A stretch of 63,544 nucleotides of DNA, the filler included, from Choristocarpus tenellus KU-1152 (taxonomy: Eukaryota; Protista; Phaeophyceae), in the NCBI GenBank assembly GCA_964200185.2. It is 9 parts of 9 records of this genome, joined end to end, with 100 filler letters (N's around TTAATTAATTAA, not from the genome) between each part and the next. Parts side by side here need not be neighbours in the genome. Positions count along the whole stretch, not along the records: positions 9,660 to 13,529 come from CAXNAD020017477.1; positions 13,630 to 17,461 come from CAXNAD020017674.1; positions 17,562 to 31,008 come from CAXNAD020001493.1; 6 more parts are not named here. One strand, given 5' to 3'. Below are positions 12,601 through 25,144 of the stretch, piece by piece. Position numbers and translations under genes: made by a program. Below the pieces are notes generated by a model that saw only the letters and a program-made list of their open reading frames with translations, did no database searches and was not told where the DNA came from. Position 1 is the stretch's first letter, and each line of letters begins with the position of its first letter.

Positions 12601-13188
12601 CCATAGCCTCGACTCCATCAGACAGCGAATTGCCGTGACACGAGGCAAAGAAGTTGTGTACTACGGAAATTCCCATCCACGCTAAGGACTGAGAACCTAC
12701 CACATCTGCCACCTGTTCTTGAACTGGCTCCCGCAGCCATCGGACCAGATGTTGAGGACCTCTAGGGTCTGTCCGTATTCACTTGCCAGAGGTATTAGGT
12801 GGTCTTTCACAAGCATCTCCACGGCGTTCTGGACGAACTCGTTGTCTTGGCTTCGGTCTTCACCGCACACCGTCATGCTGTGAGCCCAAACCCTCCCCTT
12901 CCCAAGATTTCTCTCTTCTCTGAAATCCCTCAACGACCAGACAATGGTCAGAAGCGCCGGAAGGAATAGATTGAAGAACTCTTGTTGTGTCAAGTCTTGG
13001 TCGTGTTGCAGGTGGGTGCTGAAGTCCATGGACATGGCGGTGTGTCCTTTGGGGAGGCGGGATTTGCAGTGTTTGTATTGTTGCGCCTGCCAAATGGCGG
13101 TGTTGTGATGAAGGAAAAAGCTCTTGTCGAAGTTTGCAAATATGACCTTTAGGAGTGTAGGGGATCCCTCCGTCCTTGGGAACAGCAC
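9660..13188 (-). mobile_element. Sola2-like DDD transposase gene, intron-containing, frameshifted (probably inactive copy)
   Basis: Motifs MDFST..QQEFF, WSDGCGSQFKNR and NFFASCHGNSLSDG..VK..ARR at 13188-12422, with a stop/frameshift near 12700. They match the DF / SDG-x3-Q-x-K / HG-x4-DG pattern of Sola2 transposases. Further coding segments at about 11100-10596 (GIKSMH..LSCYCTNC) and about 10200-9660 follow after GT donor sites. Confidence 0.75.
11400..12295. repeat. Three diverged repeats with about 358-bp period inside the transposase intron
   Basis: Shared blocks (cgattgg.agac, aagtgtg..cggac, gcgtatgtg, gga.gtgac.taa) start near 11400, 11757 and 12115. Confidence 0.75.
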
Positions 13189-13407
13189 CTGTGCGGAATG
13201 GGCCAGGTGGTCGCGTTTCGAGCGTTGTTGCTGGTGATAGGTCGTGGTGATTCAGGCTTTCTTGTGGGTGTAATCGATTGTGTCCGGTTCTGAGGGAGGG
13301 ATTATCTGCTCGATATTTGACGAATACGCCGTGACACATCCATTGTACACTGTAATTACTACTCGAAGGAAAATACCATTCACCTTTCGCCTCCGGCTGT
13401 GTTTGTC

Positions 13408-13529
13408 GAGTGAAAGTATCTTAGAGGGTACGAATTTTGCCCTGTTTGTCCATTTGAGACTTGGGTACCCACGGGGTTTTTTATTACATTTTCCTAGTCC
13501 AAAATATTTCAGAGTAGGTAAAATGTAAC
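13408..13529 (-). mobile_element. MITE family A fragment next to the transposase 5' region, cut by gap
   Basis: Begins gagtgaaagtatcttagagggtacg, the family A terminus. Confidence 0.85.
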
Positions 13530-14753
13530 NNNNNNNNNNNNNNNNNNNNNNNNNNNNNNNNNNNNNNNNNNNNTTAATTAATTAANNNNNNNNNNNNNNN
13601 NNNNNNNNNNNNNNNNNNNNNNNNNNNNNAGTAATCTTATCATACCGCCATCTGTTGGCCATCAAAATATGGAATATCACAAAAAAAAAAGTGGAGCCAT
13701 GTGTGGCGGTCAGGACGTGATCGCTTTGAGGTCATGGTAGCGGGAGGAGGAGCTGGGAGGGAGGTGAGCAAACCCTAACCCCAACCCTAACCCCGAAAGT
13801 CTAATGGCGCTCGTGGGGCAGCAAAGCGAGTTTCAATATTTCTTGTAAAAAAAAAATAGGGTCTATTGAGATGCAATCTCCCCCAGGTAACTGTGAAAAA
13901 ATAAATATATATGTATATATATATATATACATGTATAATTTTAGCATGCAGGAAGGCATGTTGTTTGTTTTTTGTTACACTTGATCCACTCTTTGTACAT
14001 AAAAGAAGAAAAGTTCCACAGCCAACGAGAGGAGCCATTGTTGGTGAGATGAGGGTACAACTGAAAACTGAAAGGTATTGACGGAGATACAACCACTCGA
14101 GCAACAAACCAACGACCTCCCACCAAGAAGGTGTTAGATCCTAGACATATTGAGATTCTAGACATATTGTCCAGAAAAAAAACAAAAACATGCAGAGACA
14201 CACACACACACACACACACATTGCAAGAGCTTACAGTCGACATTCCTGACAGTCCACTTTAGTTCCTACGTAATAAAATATTACATTTGAGAGGGGAGGC
14301 CTACACCACAACAATGGTGCCACAATATTCACACTCCAGTCAATGAAAGACAAAAAACAAACTTTTCTTACGTGTATCGCCTTCCAGGACAAAAAACTGT
14401 CCCTGAAAGACTTGGCGTGCCCATCTACAACGCAGCCAACAATCCTGACCATATCATCAAGGTAAGGCAGACAATTTTGGCAGTGCCATCAAGAAATCAA
14501 TCGCCTCCAAAAAAAAGGTCATGTTGAGCCCTTTAGAGTCAATGTACATACCTGGCGGTGTTTAGATCTTGATACTGTCCCTACCCACCCACCCACCCAC
14601 CCACACACACACAAACCAACCAACTGACCAAAAGTGCAGAACCCCCTCCTTTTGTGGCATAGTCCACCGGCACACATCACAAGCAGTGTGTTATAAAGAA
14701 AAAATAATAATGCACAGACAGGCACAGCAGTTTCAATCACAACCACCACCACC

Positions 14754-14785
<32 letters not shown>

Positions 14786-15055
14786 AAGTGCTACCGGAAT
14801 ATATTCAACAGCTACACCTTTCTTCCAAGTATGATTTAACCTTTACCATGAATTCATCAACCAACCAATACGGAAGAAAAAAAGGAAAGTAAATGTCTTG
14901 ACCTTTCCACCAACTAATATTGTTGCATTACTCCAGAGTATGCAGTTTTAACTGCAAACAAAAACATATATATATATATACATATTGTTGTTTTTTCCCA
15001 AAAATATTATATGCAGACAAGACGAGGGTCAGCATTAGTGCTTGCTGCCACTTGC

Positions 15056-17177
15056 CTGCCAGGCCCCACTGGTGTCTCCCTTTCTCCACAGCCCCCCCCT
15101 CGAACGCGACCAGTACACTCCTCGCCCGCACGAGAGTGAAGCACGAATGCTCTCTGCGTTGGAGTAGACCTAAATGGACACAGCAGGTGTACAGCAGGAC
15201 AAGGTCGTGCAATCCCCCCCCAAAATAAGCAGGGAAACAATGGTAGGGAACTGTGGGGTGTGGGTGTCTGTGAACGTTTCTGTTTATACCGTGATACCCA
15301 GCTGTAACTGGCGAGTGGAAAGAGAAGCCCAATAGGTATGGGTGGGAGGGGGGGAGAAGAGAGTGCATGGTGCACCAAGGAAGGAGGTATTGGGTATTGA
15401 AGTTGGGTGAAATTTACGGGAGGATGGTGCTCAGAGTAGTATCTGAACAAATCCACAGAGAGTGTATGAAAAGCTTGCAAGCACAGTACTTCTTAAAACT
15501 TGCATCCAATGAAATTTCTCCGCCAGAAGTCACTGAGCAAAAAGGATGGGGGAGGTGGGAGGACTGAGGGGCCACGAGATGCATCAAATATGCTCACCGG
15601 ACAACCTCAATTCAAAAGGTCCATTGACACCAGCTTCTACTCAACCATCTGTAGCCTACTTAGTGTCCTCCTCTCACCAGTCCAAGAGCAACGCCAGTTG
15701 CGTCACAGACCACGGTGGTGAACAATCCATCCGGTCGGTCTGTTCGTAGACAGGAAATCAATGCGTTCGCCGCGTCCACCACACCAACCCCATCGTGACC
15801 ATCCCCACCAGTCCCTTTTCCTTTGTCCAAACCATCAACCTTGAGGGTTGCAGGGCACAGGATGTCAATGGAGTGCGATAGGTGCATGTTACCAACATCT
15901 GCTGTTGACCAGGGGGCCTCGTTCGCAAGCTCTGTCGCACCTTCCTTGCTGCGAGTAAACACAACCTCCACATAGTCGGAAGCACCTTCTTTGCCGCGAA
16001 GGGAGCTGATCACAGACGCTACCTAACGACGTCCCGTGAGGTACAAAGAGTGCAGTTCTGTTCAGGAGATGGCCAGAGCGGCAAGGGAAGGGGTGATTCT
16101 GTTGGAGGGAGGAAGAGGGCGGGGGGGATCGAAATCTACGAAGCTGGATCAACGAGAGGGATGGGTTGTCCACAGCGATTGCAATTGTTTTGCCCTGGTT
16201 GACCTGAGGAATGATGGGAAGAGGATATCCAAAGTTGCCATAGCTCTGGACCGGAAAAAATAGCACATTCTTGTTCTCAACACGGTGTTGGCAGGAGCAA
16301 CGTGGACCAACCAATTTCTTGCATCATGTTGGAGCACACATCATGTTTTCTCTTACCTCAGTTGGAGGTGCTTTGGACGACTCGAAATCGAATTGCACGC
16401 ATGCCACCAACTGCCGCAGAGCCTTCATTGTTCTATCTAGATGTTCTACTTGCTTGAGAACGGTACCCCCCGTCTCCTGGTCCTCTTCAACCGACAGGAT
16501 GTCTTGTACTTTCATGGAGGCAACAAGACGGTGCCGAGATGCTGGTAGCTGGGAGCACCACTCGGCCAGGAGTTCACAACAATGATCTTCTGCTGCATTC
16601 AGCTCGATCACAGCCCGACGAGCTCCGGAGTCCAGCCATGAGACAATGGTATCAGTCTGATTAATAGGAACGGGGAAAGTGTTACTGTTCAGGTGCATAG
16701 GTTGACTTTCCCCAGCCTTGTCTATCACAGTGAGTAAGAACTAGGGATTTATGAAATCACATGTCACAGTGGAAGCAGTGGTAGACCAGCTTAGAGGGAT
16801 TCTTTTTCCGTGCCTCATAATATCGATTTACCCATGAGATCAAAGAACGAGACGCTATCTTTCCAGGAGAGTGTATTAGTCATCTCGACAATGACATGTA
16901 ACATGAAATGTTTCAAGGCGAAGGAGGGGTAATATTTTGACGGCAATGCAGCACGTCGATAAATGACACCTAATCTCACCTTATCTTCGCCAGAAGGGAA
17001 GGGGAAAGGGAATGGTCCCACACGACAAGGCCTTGCTCGCAAAATGAATTTGAAACCATCGGCAGTGTCGACAACAGCAGACCCTATGAGCATGATATCA
17101 TAGATAGTCCCAAGTCGAGATATTATCGGGTCCACCTCCAGTTGACCAGAAGTCAGAGACACAGTGGGGATCAACAT
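15056..17177 (-). CDS. HIS4: HIS4-type histidine biosynthesis multifunctional protein: N-terminal domain plus start of phosphoribosyl-AMP cyclohydrolase (HisI), 5' part only
   Basis: Exons 17177-16980 ([12 protein letters not shown]), 16656-16357 ([17 protein letters not shown]..), 16022-15678 (..[24 protein letters not shown]) and 15169-15056 ([38 protein letters not shown]) join in phase 0. They closely resemble the yeast His4 segment TDRPDGLYTT..GLVYSS..GRGVYYSRSR..IWIKGETSG. Downstream HisE/HisD exons were not found before the gap at 13629. Confidence 0.88.
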
Positions 17178-17561
17178 AGCAGGAAAACTGAATAAGGCAG
17201 GAGGGATCAAGTGTTGGTTTAACAAGGACTGTGTAGGCTAACATGGACGGACGGGACTTCAAATCGGGACAGAATCGAGACATTTCACTAAAATGATTCT
17301 AATAAGTTTATGAGAGCCATCTGCCAAAGAAGGTATACCTTGAAGGCAACCTATCTTGAATAATCTGATATTCATGTGACTATTTCTGTATGTTGAAGGT
17401 AACATCTGCTTGAGGTAAACAACGGGTGGTTGGATGGGACCTTGCAAACCCCCCTCATTCGNNNNNNNNNNNNNNNNNNNNNNNNNNNNNNNNNNNNNNN
17501 NNNNNTTAATTAATTAANNNNNNNNNNNNNNNNNNNNNNNNNNNNNNNNNNNNNNNNNNNN

Positions 17562-18842
17562 CTGAGGCCTCAAGGGGTGCATGGCACCCTGGTGTCACCT
17601 GCCACCATGTGGCACCTGCGTCTTTCGAGGCCCACACATCATTCTTGAGGACAGATGGTTCGCGCCAACTACTTTGGAAGTTGTCCTGTGCCACGCGGGG
17701 TGAGAGAAGGCCACCCACAGTCCTTACCCTCTGAATATCTGCATGTTCCCGTGCCCTTCCCCCTAGGACAAAAATGTGATCATCGATGCTCACAGAACGA
17801 TGGTTACGGCGAGGTGACCACATGTTGTCAGTAAGGTAGCTTCCTGGAGGCTCTGTTTTGTCCTGACATACTGAGGAATCATCAAGGTGGTACTGCAATC
17901 CCTCCTGTATGAGTTTTTACAGGAACATTGGAAGCATTGCGCATATGGGAGAGCTATGAGAGTTAGATTTGGCTTGCGAGTGCTAAGGGAGGGATCATTT
18001 ACATATGCTGCTGCCTCTATTTTTCATAGGTACTGTACAGCCTACACAGTGGTGTTGAGCATTATGGGGGGCACGAAGCAGGAAAGGGGACGGAAGGAGA
18101 TGGGAATTGGGTTGACGGGGAGGGAGTGACAATTGGAAAAGCTCGAGCTAAAATCTTTGACGAGTATAACCACATCATTATGGTATATCCACATTGCGAG
18201 GGTAGCACGATGTAGAGGTTAGTGAACAGTTCATCAAGTTGTAGTTCTGTTCTTGCTGTTGAGGTGTGAGGAATTTCGAAATTTGAGGAGATAATTCACC
18301 TGGTAGGGGTCGCCTAGAACGGGATTCACAAAAAATCCCCGTACGTTGAAAGCTTGCAAGCCTACCTGGCAAGCAATCCAATCCTCATATGTAACATCGG
18401 TGGGGGGGATGTGCCCTGGATTGACTTCTCTCCAGTACATCTCGGACTTGGCCATAGGCTTTAGCCCTTGCTTGAACATGTCCCATGCAGATCCTTCCGA
18501 GACCCAGACATCGTTCAAGTACTCGCCGTCGTCAGATTGGGTCTCCTCATCGATGCCCCTCACGTAACTGTCTCCCCCAAGGATGTATAAATAGCCCCAG
18601 TCGTTTATGTTGTCCTGGTCAAGCAGGGTTCGGGATTGTTCGTGATATAGCAAGGGAACATATGCCCTCGTATAATATCAAGGCCGCACATTGGGTCAAA
18701 AGAAGACCATTTAGAAATGATTGCAACATACCGTAGAAATATTATTTGTTGTTAGGGCCATCCCCATTCTTGGAGAAAAAATAGGGTCTGCTGCACCATG
18801 CTCGTAAGGAATAGCGTAATTCTGAACGCGATCGCCAGCAAT
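17562..18842 (-). CDS. Kelch-like beta-propeller repeat protein (partial)
   Basis: In-phase exons 18842-18732 (FSPRMGMAL), 18614-18366 (YLYILGG..YLNDVWVS..W) and 17904-17562 (WSPRRNHRSV..IFVLGG..KNDVWASKDAGATW). The repeated SPR-x-H/G..GG..NDVW..W pattern is Kelch-like. The first exon is unresolved and the 3' end is cut by a gap. Confidence 0.8.
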
Positions 18843-19351
18843 CTGTGCCCAATTTGCTATAATACAGCGGGGACAGAAAATGGAAGCAGATAGGATCAGG
18901 AGCGACGAAGTCGGTTAGAATAGAGTGCAAAAGTGGTGACCAGTGAGTATTGTATCGAGGGGGCGCTCTTCTGCTCACATGCTTGACATTGGTGGGTGGA
19001 GAGAACGAGTGCAACAGAGCACAAGCTGTGTCTTATTGGTATCATTTTTCTTTCTCAAGAGGGCCTCCTCAACAACGACATAGCCCCCAATCTCTGGCAA
19101 AAGCTAGTTCAATCACCCAGCCAAATAGACATCTGTCGGCGAGTTTGTGAGGCATGGGAGGATGTAAAAAAGGTGAAGATTAATGTTGTATTGTCGTGGA
19201 AATGTGAAGCGTAACTGTCTTTATGGTTGTTGCTTCCAATAAAGATGTATAGTGTATAAAGCAAAACACAATTTTGATAGTACATTGGATTGTTTTACAA
19301 CAATATCTAATCCAAAATTATTAGAAGTGGTGGGTGCGTCGTCTTAACTCC

Positions 19352-21580
19352 ATGTACTCTTCTCACGGCAAGAACGTTCGCACGGCCCTGAAAGTAGGCA
19401 ACAAGGCCAGAATACAGACGACGTATGATGATGCGACAGAACTGGTGGGTCTCGTAGATCATCGCTTGCTAACGTTTCGAGGCACAATCCCCTTTTCAAG
19501 CTTTCTTCTCCCGTATCTTGGTACCAACTCCTTGCTATACGTCCATGTCCTCGCCTCCAGGTAGAAGAATACGACATCGTTAAAGGAGGGCTTGAATGTA
19601 AGGGCATCGAATTTAAGGGCATGGAATGTAAGGGCATGGAATGTGTGCAGTACAGTGAATTCACCTTTTTCAAGTTGGGCTGGATCATTTTATCCTCGTC
19701 AATGTGACCCCTTTCCTATTATCCTGGATCATCTCATAGGCCGAAGGTGGAGGACACCAGCTGCGCTTGGTGGGACCTCAGAATGGGAGTATGAGATTGG
19801 AGATATCCCACAGGTAATATCGTCCCTAATACCTAACCAATTGTTTCGCCTTGTCCCAGGGCTGGACCAGAGATGTGGGTGTGGTCGGTCGTAGTATCCC
19901 CATTCTTCATCTTTTCCCCTCACTTATGTAAATCTGACCATTTCATCCTTCCTTTTGGCCACTCGTGGTCATCATGTGGATCTGGAACGCGGTAATATCA
20001 TTTTCCACCCTCTTTAGACCTATGGGTCCCAGGCCTCCGTGACTATCACGGCCAGCATCACCAACGTGAGTGCGGAGAATAATCAACATATATGCATCAT
20101 TGATAAGTGTCGCACACCGACCCAACCTAGGTCATAACTGTACAATAAGCATGCATGTCGAACGATACATTTCGAATTTTGTAGCTTGCTTGCGTAAGGG
20201 CACAGCTGAGTTGGTGAGATATGGCTAGGTAGCCTCCATCAAAAACCATCGTGCGTGTGTAAAATTCCTGTAATTTTGCGTTTGTCGTACCTTACCTGCC
20301 TTCCTTTTTTGATCTTAACCAAGATATTGCTATGATGACCATTGCCCCTGTTCATCGTTTTTTTTTTCTCTCTTTTTCAGCCCAGTTTCCACCCTCGCGA
20401 TACCAAGCAAGACTGGGAGTGGCATATTCGCAACCTTCCTTATCCTGAGGTACTGCTTCTTGTGACACTCCGCAGTAAGCGTACATAGACCATAACGTAT
20501 ATATTGTTTTGGAACAATATTTAACAATGAAAGTGAGACGATGCAGTCAATTTTTTCATGTGTTTAATAAGTCATATTGTAGTAGTGAAAGGTACACTCA
20601 AACTTCGTCGTCTATTATGGGTTGAGCATTATTTCCGTATTTCAAATGAAACATAACCCCCAACTATTCTGGAAAGGCTACTACCACAATAATACTAAGA
20701 AAAATGTTACAGATAGTGGTATACGTCACAAATTACGTCCTCTTTATGTCAGAATAAACAACCTACACAACCCTGTTTGGCATACAAGGTAGATTTTCTG
20801 AATGGTGATAATAAATGGCACAGAATGAGATATTGCGGTAATGCACTCTGCTTGTGGGAGGCATGCAGGAGGAGGTGTTACAAATATGGGAGACTGAGCC
20901 TACTAAAAGTCTTCCCATTGACGATATTTCACATACCCTCAACCACAACAAAAGAAAATGTACATTCATGTGTCATGTATCCTTTTGCCTGTCTATTCTC
21001 AGTCACCGTAGTGATAAGTCATAGCAGTGAACAGCCATCCATGTAAATAAGAAAGTACCATGGTTTGAGAAATCATTGTTTGCTTCACCCAAGCGATGAG
21101 AAACAGGGTCTCAGGCTTGTTGTAACACACACACACGCACACATACATGTATGGTAAGTACAAACTAGCAATTTGCAACGCTTCATTGTTGTTCTTAAAT
21201 GAAGATGTTGCAGTCAATCCCAAGATCCCACGAAAACGACCCATGCATGCCACAGCATATCATCTTCCTATCACCCCTGCACACTGCGTATTCATTAGGA
21301 GACCTACCAGGTAAGTGTGAGTTCGGACTCAAGCATCCAAGGTGTGGGAGCTAGAGAGAAGATTGTTCTCCGAACGACTAACAAGAAATTCTTCAAGAAG
21401 TGGGATATACCGGCTCTAGCACGAGCTGGCCTTCCCCTTGAGGAGTGCCGGCTCAGAAAGTCCCACGATGGGACAAACACGCTAGTGGTATCCTACAGGA
21501 AACCAGCTGCTGTAATCAAGGTGGAGAAGGAGGAGCGTGAGGCAATAAGGAAGGATAAAGGACTGTTTTTCACAACTTGA
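19352..21580 (+). CDS. DPCD: DPCD family protein (deleted in primary ciliary dyskinesia homolog), 6 exons
   Basis: Exons 19352-19444, 19561-19597, 19740-19813, 20018-20065, 20381-20449 and 21299-21580 join in frame. They give TEL-VEEYD, RRWRTPAALGGTSEWEYEIGD, RDTKQDWEWHIRNLPYP, IVLRTTNKKFFKKWDIP and TLVVSYRKP, collinear with the recognisable DPCD motifs. Confidence 0.92.
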
Positions 21581-24500
21581 GGTACTATGTACCACTACCG
21601 TAACCAATTTAGGTTCATGGGTTAGTGTTGTGGGTTAGGTAGGGGAAGGGCAACAGCCAGGATGCAACTGTGCCCAATCAATCAACTCTGAGCTTTGTGA
21701 CGTATACATACTCTAGCTAGTGATTCTTGGTAACTGTGAAGGGGTCATGTGGTAGGTGTTCACAGGAGGCATGTTGGCCTACTTTGAGAGCACTAACTGC
21801 ATAGTGGATTTTGAAGTTCCATGTTTGCTTCCAAGTTGTGTGTGTGTGTGTGTGTGTTTGTGTGAATATATACTGCTTCTGAATGATGAAGTGTGCAAAA
21901 AGAGAAGGTGTAGTTACAAGAATATAATGGTTTTTGAGATGGGTGTTATGTGGGTCTCTCAAAAAATATTAAAATAAATACTCTTGAGTATAATTTTCTG
22001 GTGTCAAGACAGGAATAAATGAAAGGGAACACACACACACACAACTAGCACAAGTTCTCGAGACCCTTGCCCCAGAGTGTATGTGTGTGGCTCTATTGGC
22101 CCAAAGCTAGATTTGTTTTTTTTCTTGGAGTAGAGGGTGCCACTAATCTGAATTGATACGAAGACAAAAGTTATCGTGTCACAAGCGACTCTAACCAGGA
22201 GGGAGGGGTGAGATTTCTTCCACCCTCACTATCTTTCTTCTTTTTCCCATAGGGCCTGGCGGTGTGAACATGTTAGGGACATCCTATATCTCAAGTATTG
22301 GGTGCTAGTGCAATATGTCTGGGTTTCTTTTGGCTATCATTAAGCTCCTTCCATTTTCCTTCTCTCAGTATTATTATCTTCAGCCTCATGGGATCACAAA
22401 ATCAGAGATAAGTACAAGGCTTCTTGACTTTGATGTCATCGCTTTTTCAATCCTAGGGTTCTGTACTGGACTCAGATCAAAGCAATTAATGGTCGGGGTT
22501 TAACTAAGCCTCCAATATTAGACGGGTAGTAGGTATTAGTTTACTATTCTCGTCACATTATCCAGGGATGATCCTGGCCCGTGGTCAGAGGCACTGCACA
22601 CTGCACTTCTTCTCATACACTACTCAACCGCTATTGTTGCACTAAAACTAACTGCACATCTTCCGTTTGTGACTTGCTTCTCACACGTTGGGTTCAGCAA
22701 TCCCTCCCCCCCTTGTTGTTCTGTCTCCTCCCTCAAATCTTCTACTGGGCCTGCCCAGTAGATTCCACCTTGATCTCGGTTGAGAGTCCTTGTGGTTTGG
22801 AGCAGACAGGATAACATGTTCACAATCTGTTGTGTTCATCGTGTGGAATGGTATTGTTGAAACCAAATTTGCATAAAAACATGTCTGGCGTCGATTGATT
22901 TGACTCCGTCAACTAAGATACAGGTGGTCACCGCCTCAATCACTGAGCTACGAAAACACCTTTACATGTATGTATCGCTGTTCTTGTTTCCAGGTAGTAA
23001 GGGTGTATGAATAGTTCGAAGTATCTTGACTACATTCCAGCGTTTCATCTTACGACTTTTCAACCACAGGTTGTAATCCCTCAGAATAGTGTGAGCATCA
23101 AACAATTTAATAGCTCTACAACTGCTGCGACTTTCAAAAATTGAAGTACCAGTCCTCCTCTTCTTGCACTGATAACTACTAAGTATGGTTTATACTTTCA
23201 CGAAATCAGTGCCCAAGTTGGTTTCTTTGGCTCCTTGAACGTGCCTACTGACCAACCGCTTTCACCTGCTCACCGTATCACACACCCCCACGCCACTTAT
23301 CACCTCAAGTGTCAAAGTCAGGGATACTGGCTGTCAGTCTTACGTGTGGGCTTGCATGAGCTGCACCTTGCATCTGTTCTAAATGAAACTTCCGCATGAT
23401 CTCTACACCTCCCATTCTAGTACCTCTACTTGTGGTATCACACCTTGTGCGTCTGAACAAAACGAAGCAATTGGTCGTTTCTACCAGTGCATTTGGGCTG
23501 CAGCTGTACAATTGTCACAGCCTTGTGATGGGATGCCCAAATTGCAAGGGTTACACGTGGTAGAGAACACAGCAGAGAAGTGAGCAGCAAAGCCTTGACA
23601 TCATTGGAGATGCTACAAGTCACGAATCAAACGACAGAGGCTGAGCACTACGCCTCAGGAGGACCAGGAAGAAAGTCCATGGGCACCTGATTCTGACGTT
23701 GCTGCCAGTGACTCTCACTCACACACCAAGGCCACATCGACTGTGTCACAATGAATCGATCCTCAAAGGCCCCTGGCAATTCTGGCATCATGTGTGCTCA
23801 CCGTGAGTGACCCAGCCAGTACCAAAAGGGGGCCAAGTATATATCAACAAAAGGCGAACAAACGTTTGGGAAGATATCAAGCACTTGTCTAAAGAAAAAA
23901 ACATTTTGGTGGCCTATGGGCCGTCAGACATGGTCGCGAAAAATTTCTGGCAGAGTAAGGATGAGGTGGGAAGCTGGAGGGCGACTTTATAGACACCCAT
24001 GAATGGATGAGCGAGGCAGGAAGGTAGACCTCCCTGCCACCTTCAGACCATGAGAATCAACAGGATGCCTGTTCTCCACATAAGCATCCACGACAAAAAG
24101 ACGCTCTTCTACACATAATCTACCTAAATGAGGAGTGAAGGAGATTGAACCGTCTTTTGTGAATTTCGTCCCATTGTCTCAGGAGCACATCTTTGTAGTG
24201 TTGTGTGAGAACCAAAAAGGGCTTCGTGAGGTATAAAATTGGATCTACTGACAAAACTCTTGGGATAATTCAATTGAATTTAGGAGTGACTTGAGGTGTA
24301 GTGTGAGAAGGTGCCAAGTCTCTCGAAGCCCATCAAATAAATTTCGAGCTGAGTGTGGAGTGCCCATAGGTACAAGAAAACCAAGTAATCAAAAGAGTTT
24401 AGCAGTTCTTCAAATACCCTTTGACCGATGAAGGTGGAACAACCCCTAAATCGTGATTCACAACCCTGATTGTTGAAGTGAACAAGACACAGGGAGCAGT

Positions 24501-25144
24501 AGGGTAAGAATGCAGCATCACCCTGGGAAAATAATACAATTTTTTCTTTACAAAATAGCCTCATCAAAGTCCCATCTCCACCTACACTCCATCTGTCCTC
24601 TCTAACTCCCAACAAAAAAACTCTCCACCATACGTGTGTGGCGTAATTTATATGACAAGAATACCTCAGATAGGTGCAAAAATAGTCAACTGCAGCAGTA
24701 TACTGCTTTTGAGCTATGTCCTTGTGCTGTGAGCCTATCACCACACATACTCTGATATGCATACATCTCTGACCCCCCTCAACAATGCAACATCACTCGC
24801 TCTTGTACTGTGCTCTGTGTTCTCCAGTAAGAAAACACCTCCCCCCAACCCCCCTCTGCCTCATCAATAGATCCTGCCCCAAAGGTTCTCCCATGAGAGC
24901 AATAGTAGCACCTAACTTACAGCTAGCACTCGATCGTTCAGTAGTGCACTGGCACCCAATTGCAGTCCTACCCAATCTGCATGCACCCTAGCAGTCCACA
25001 ATTCTCTGTGGCCTTACCCCCTCCTCACCACCTCACAGTCTTGAGAATAGCTGCTTCAGCTAATTCACAGAGGAGACTCCCACCTCCAACTGTATATAGA
25101 AAACCAAGCACCCGGCTGCCCACAATTTCTCTCTACATAGACAC

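Noticed and set aside
14230-14270. Candidate next HIS4 exon (ELKWTVRNVDC)
   Set aside because: Spacing to the DCD motif is off and no continuing exon was found, so support is insufficient.
14569-14892. ORFs with poly-Pro/Thr or poly-Val
   Set aside because: They are translations of (ACC)n/(AAC)n microsatellites in a presumed intron.
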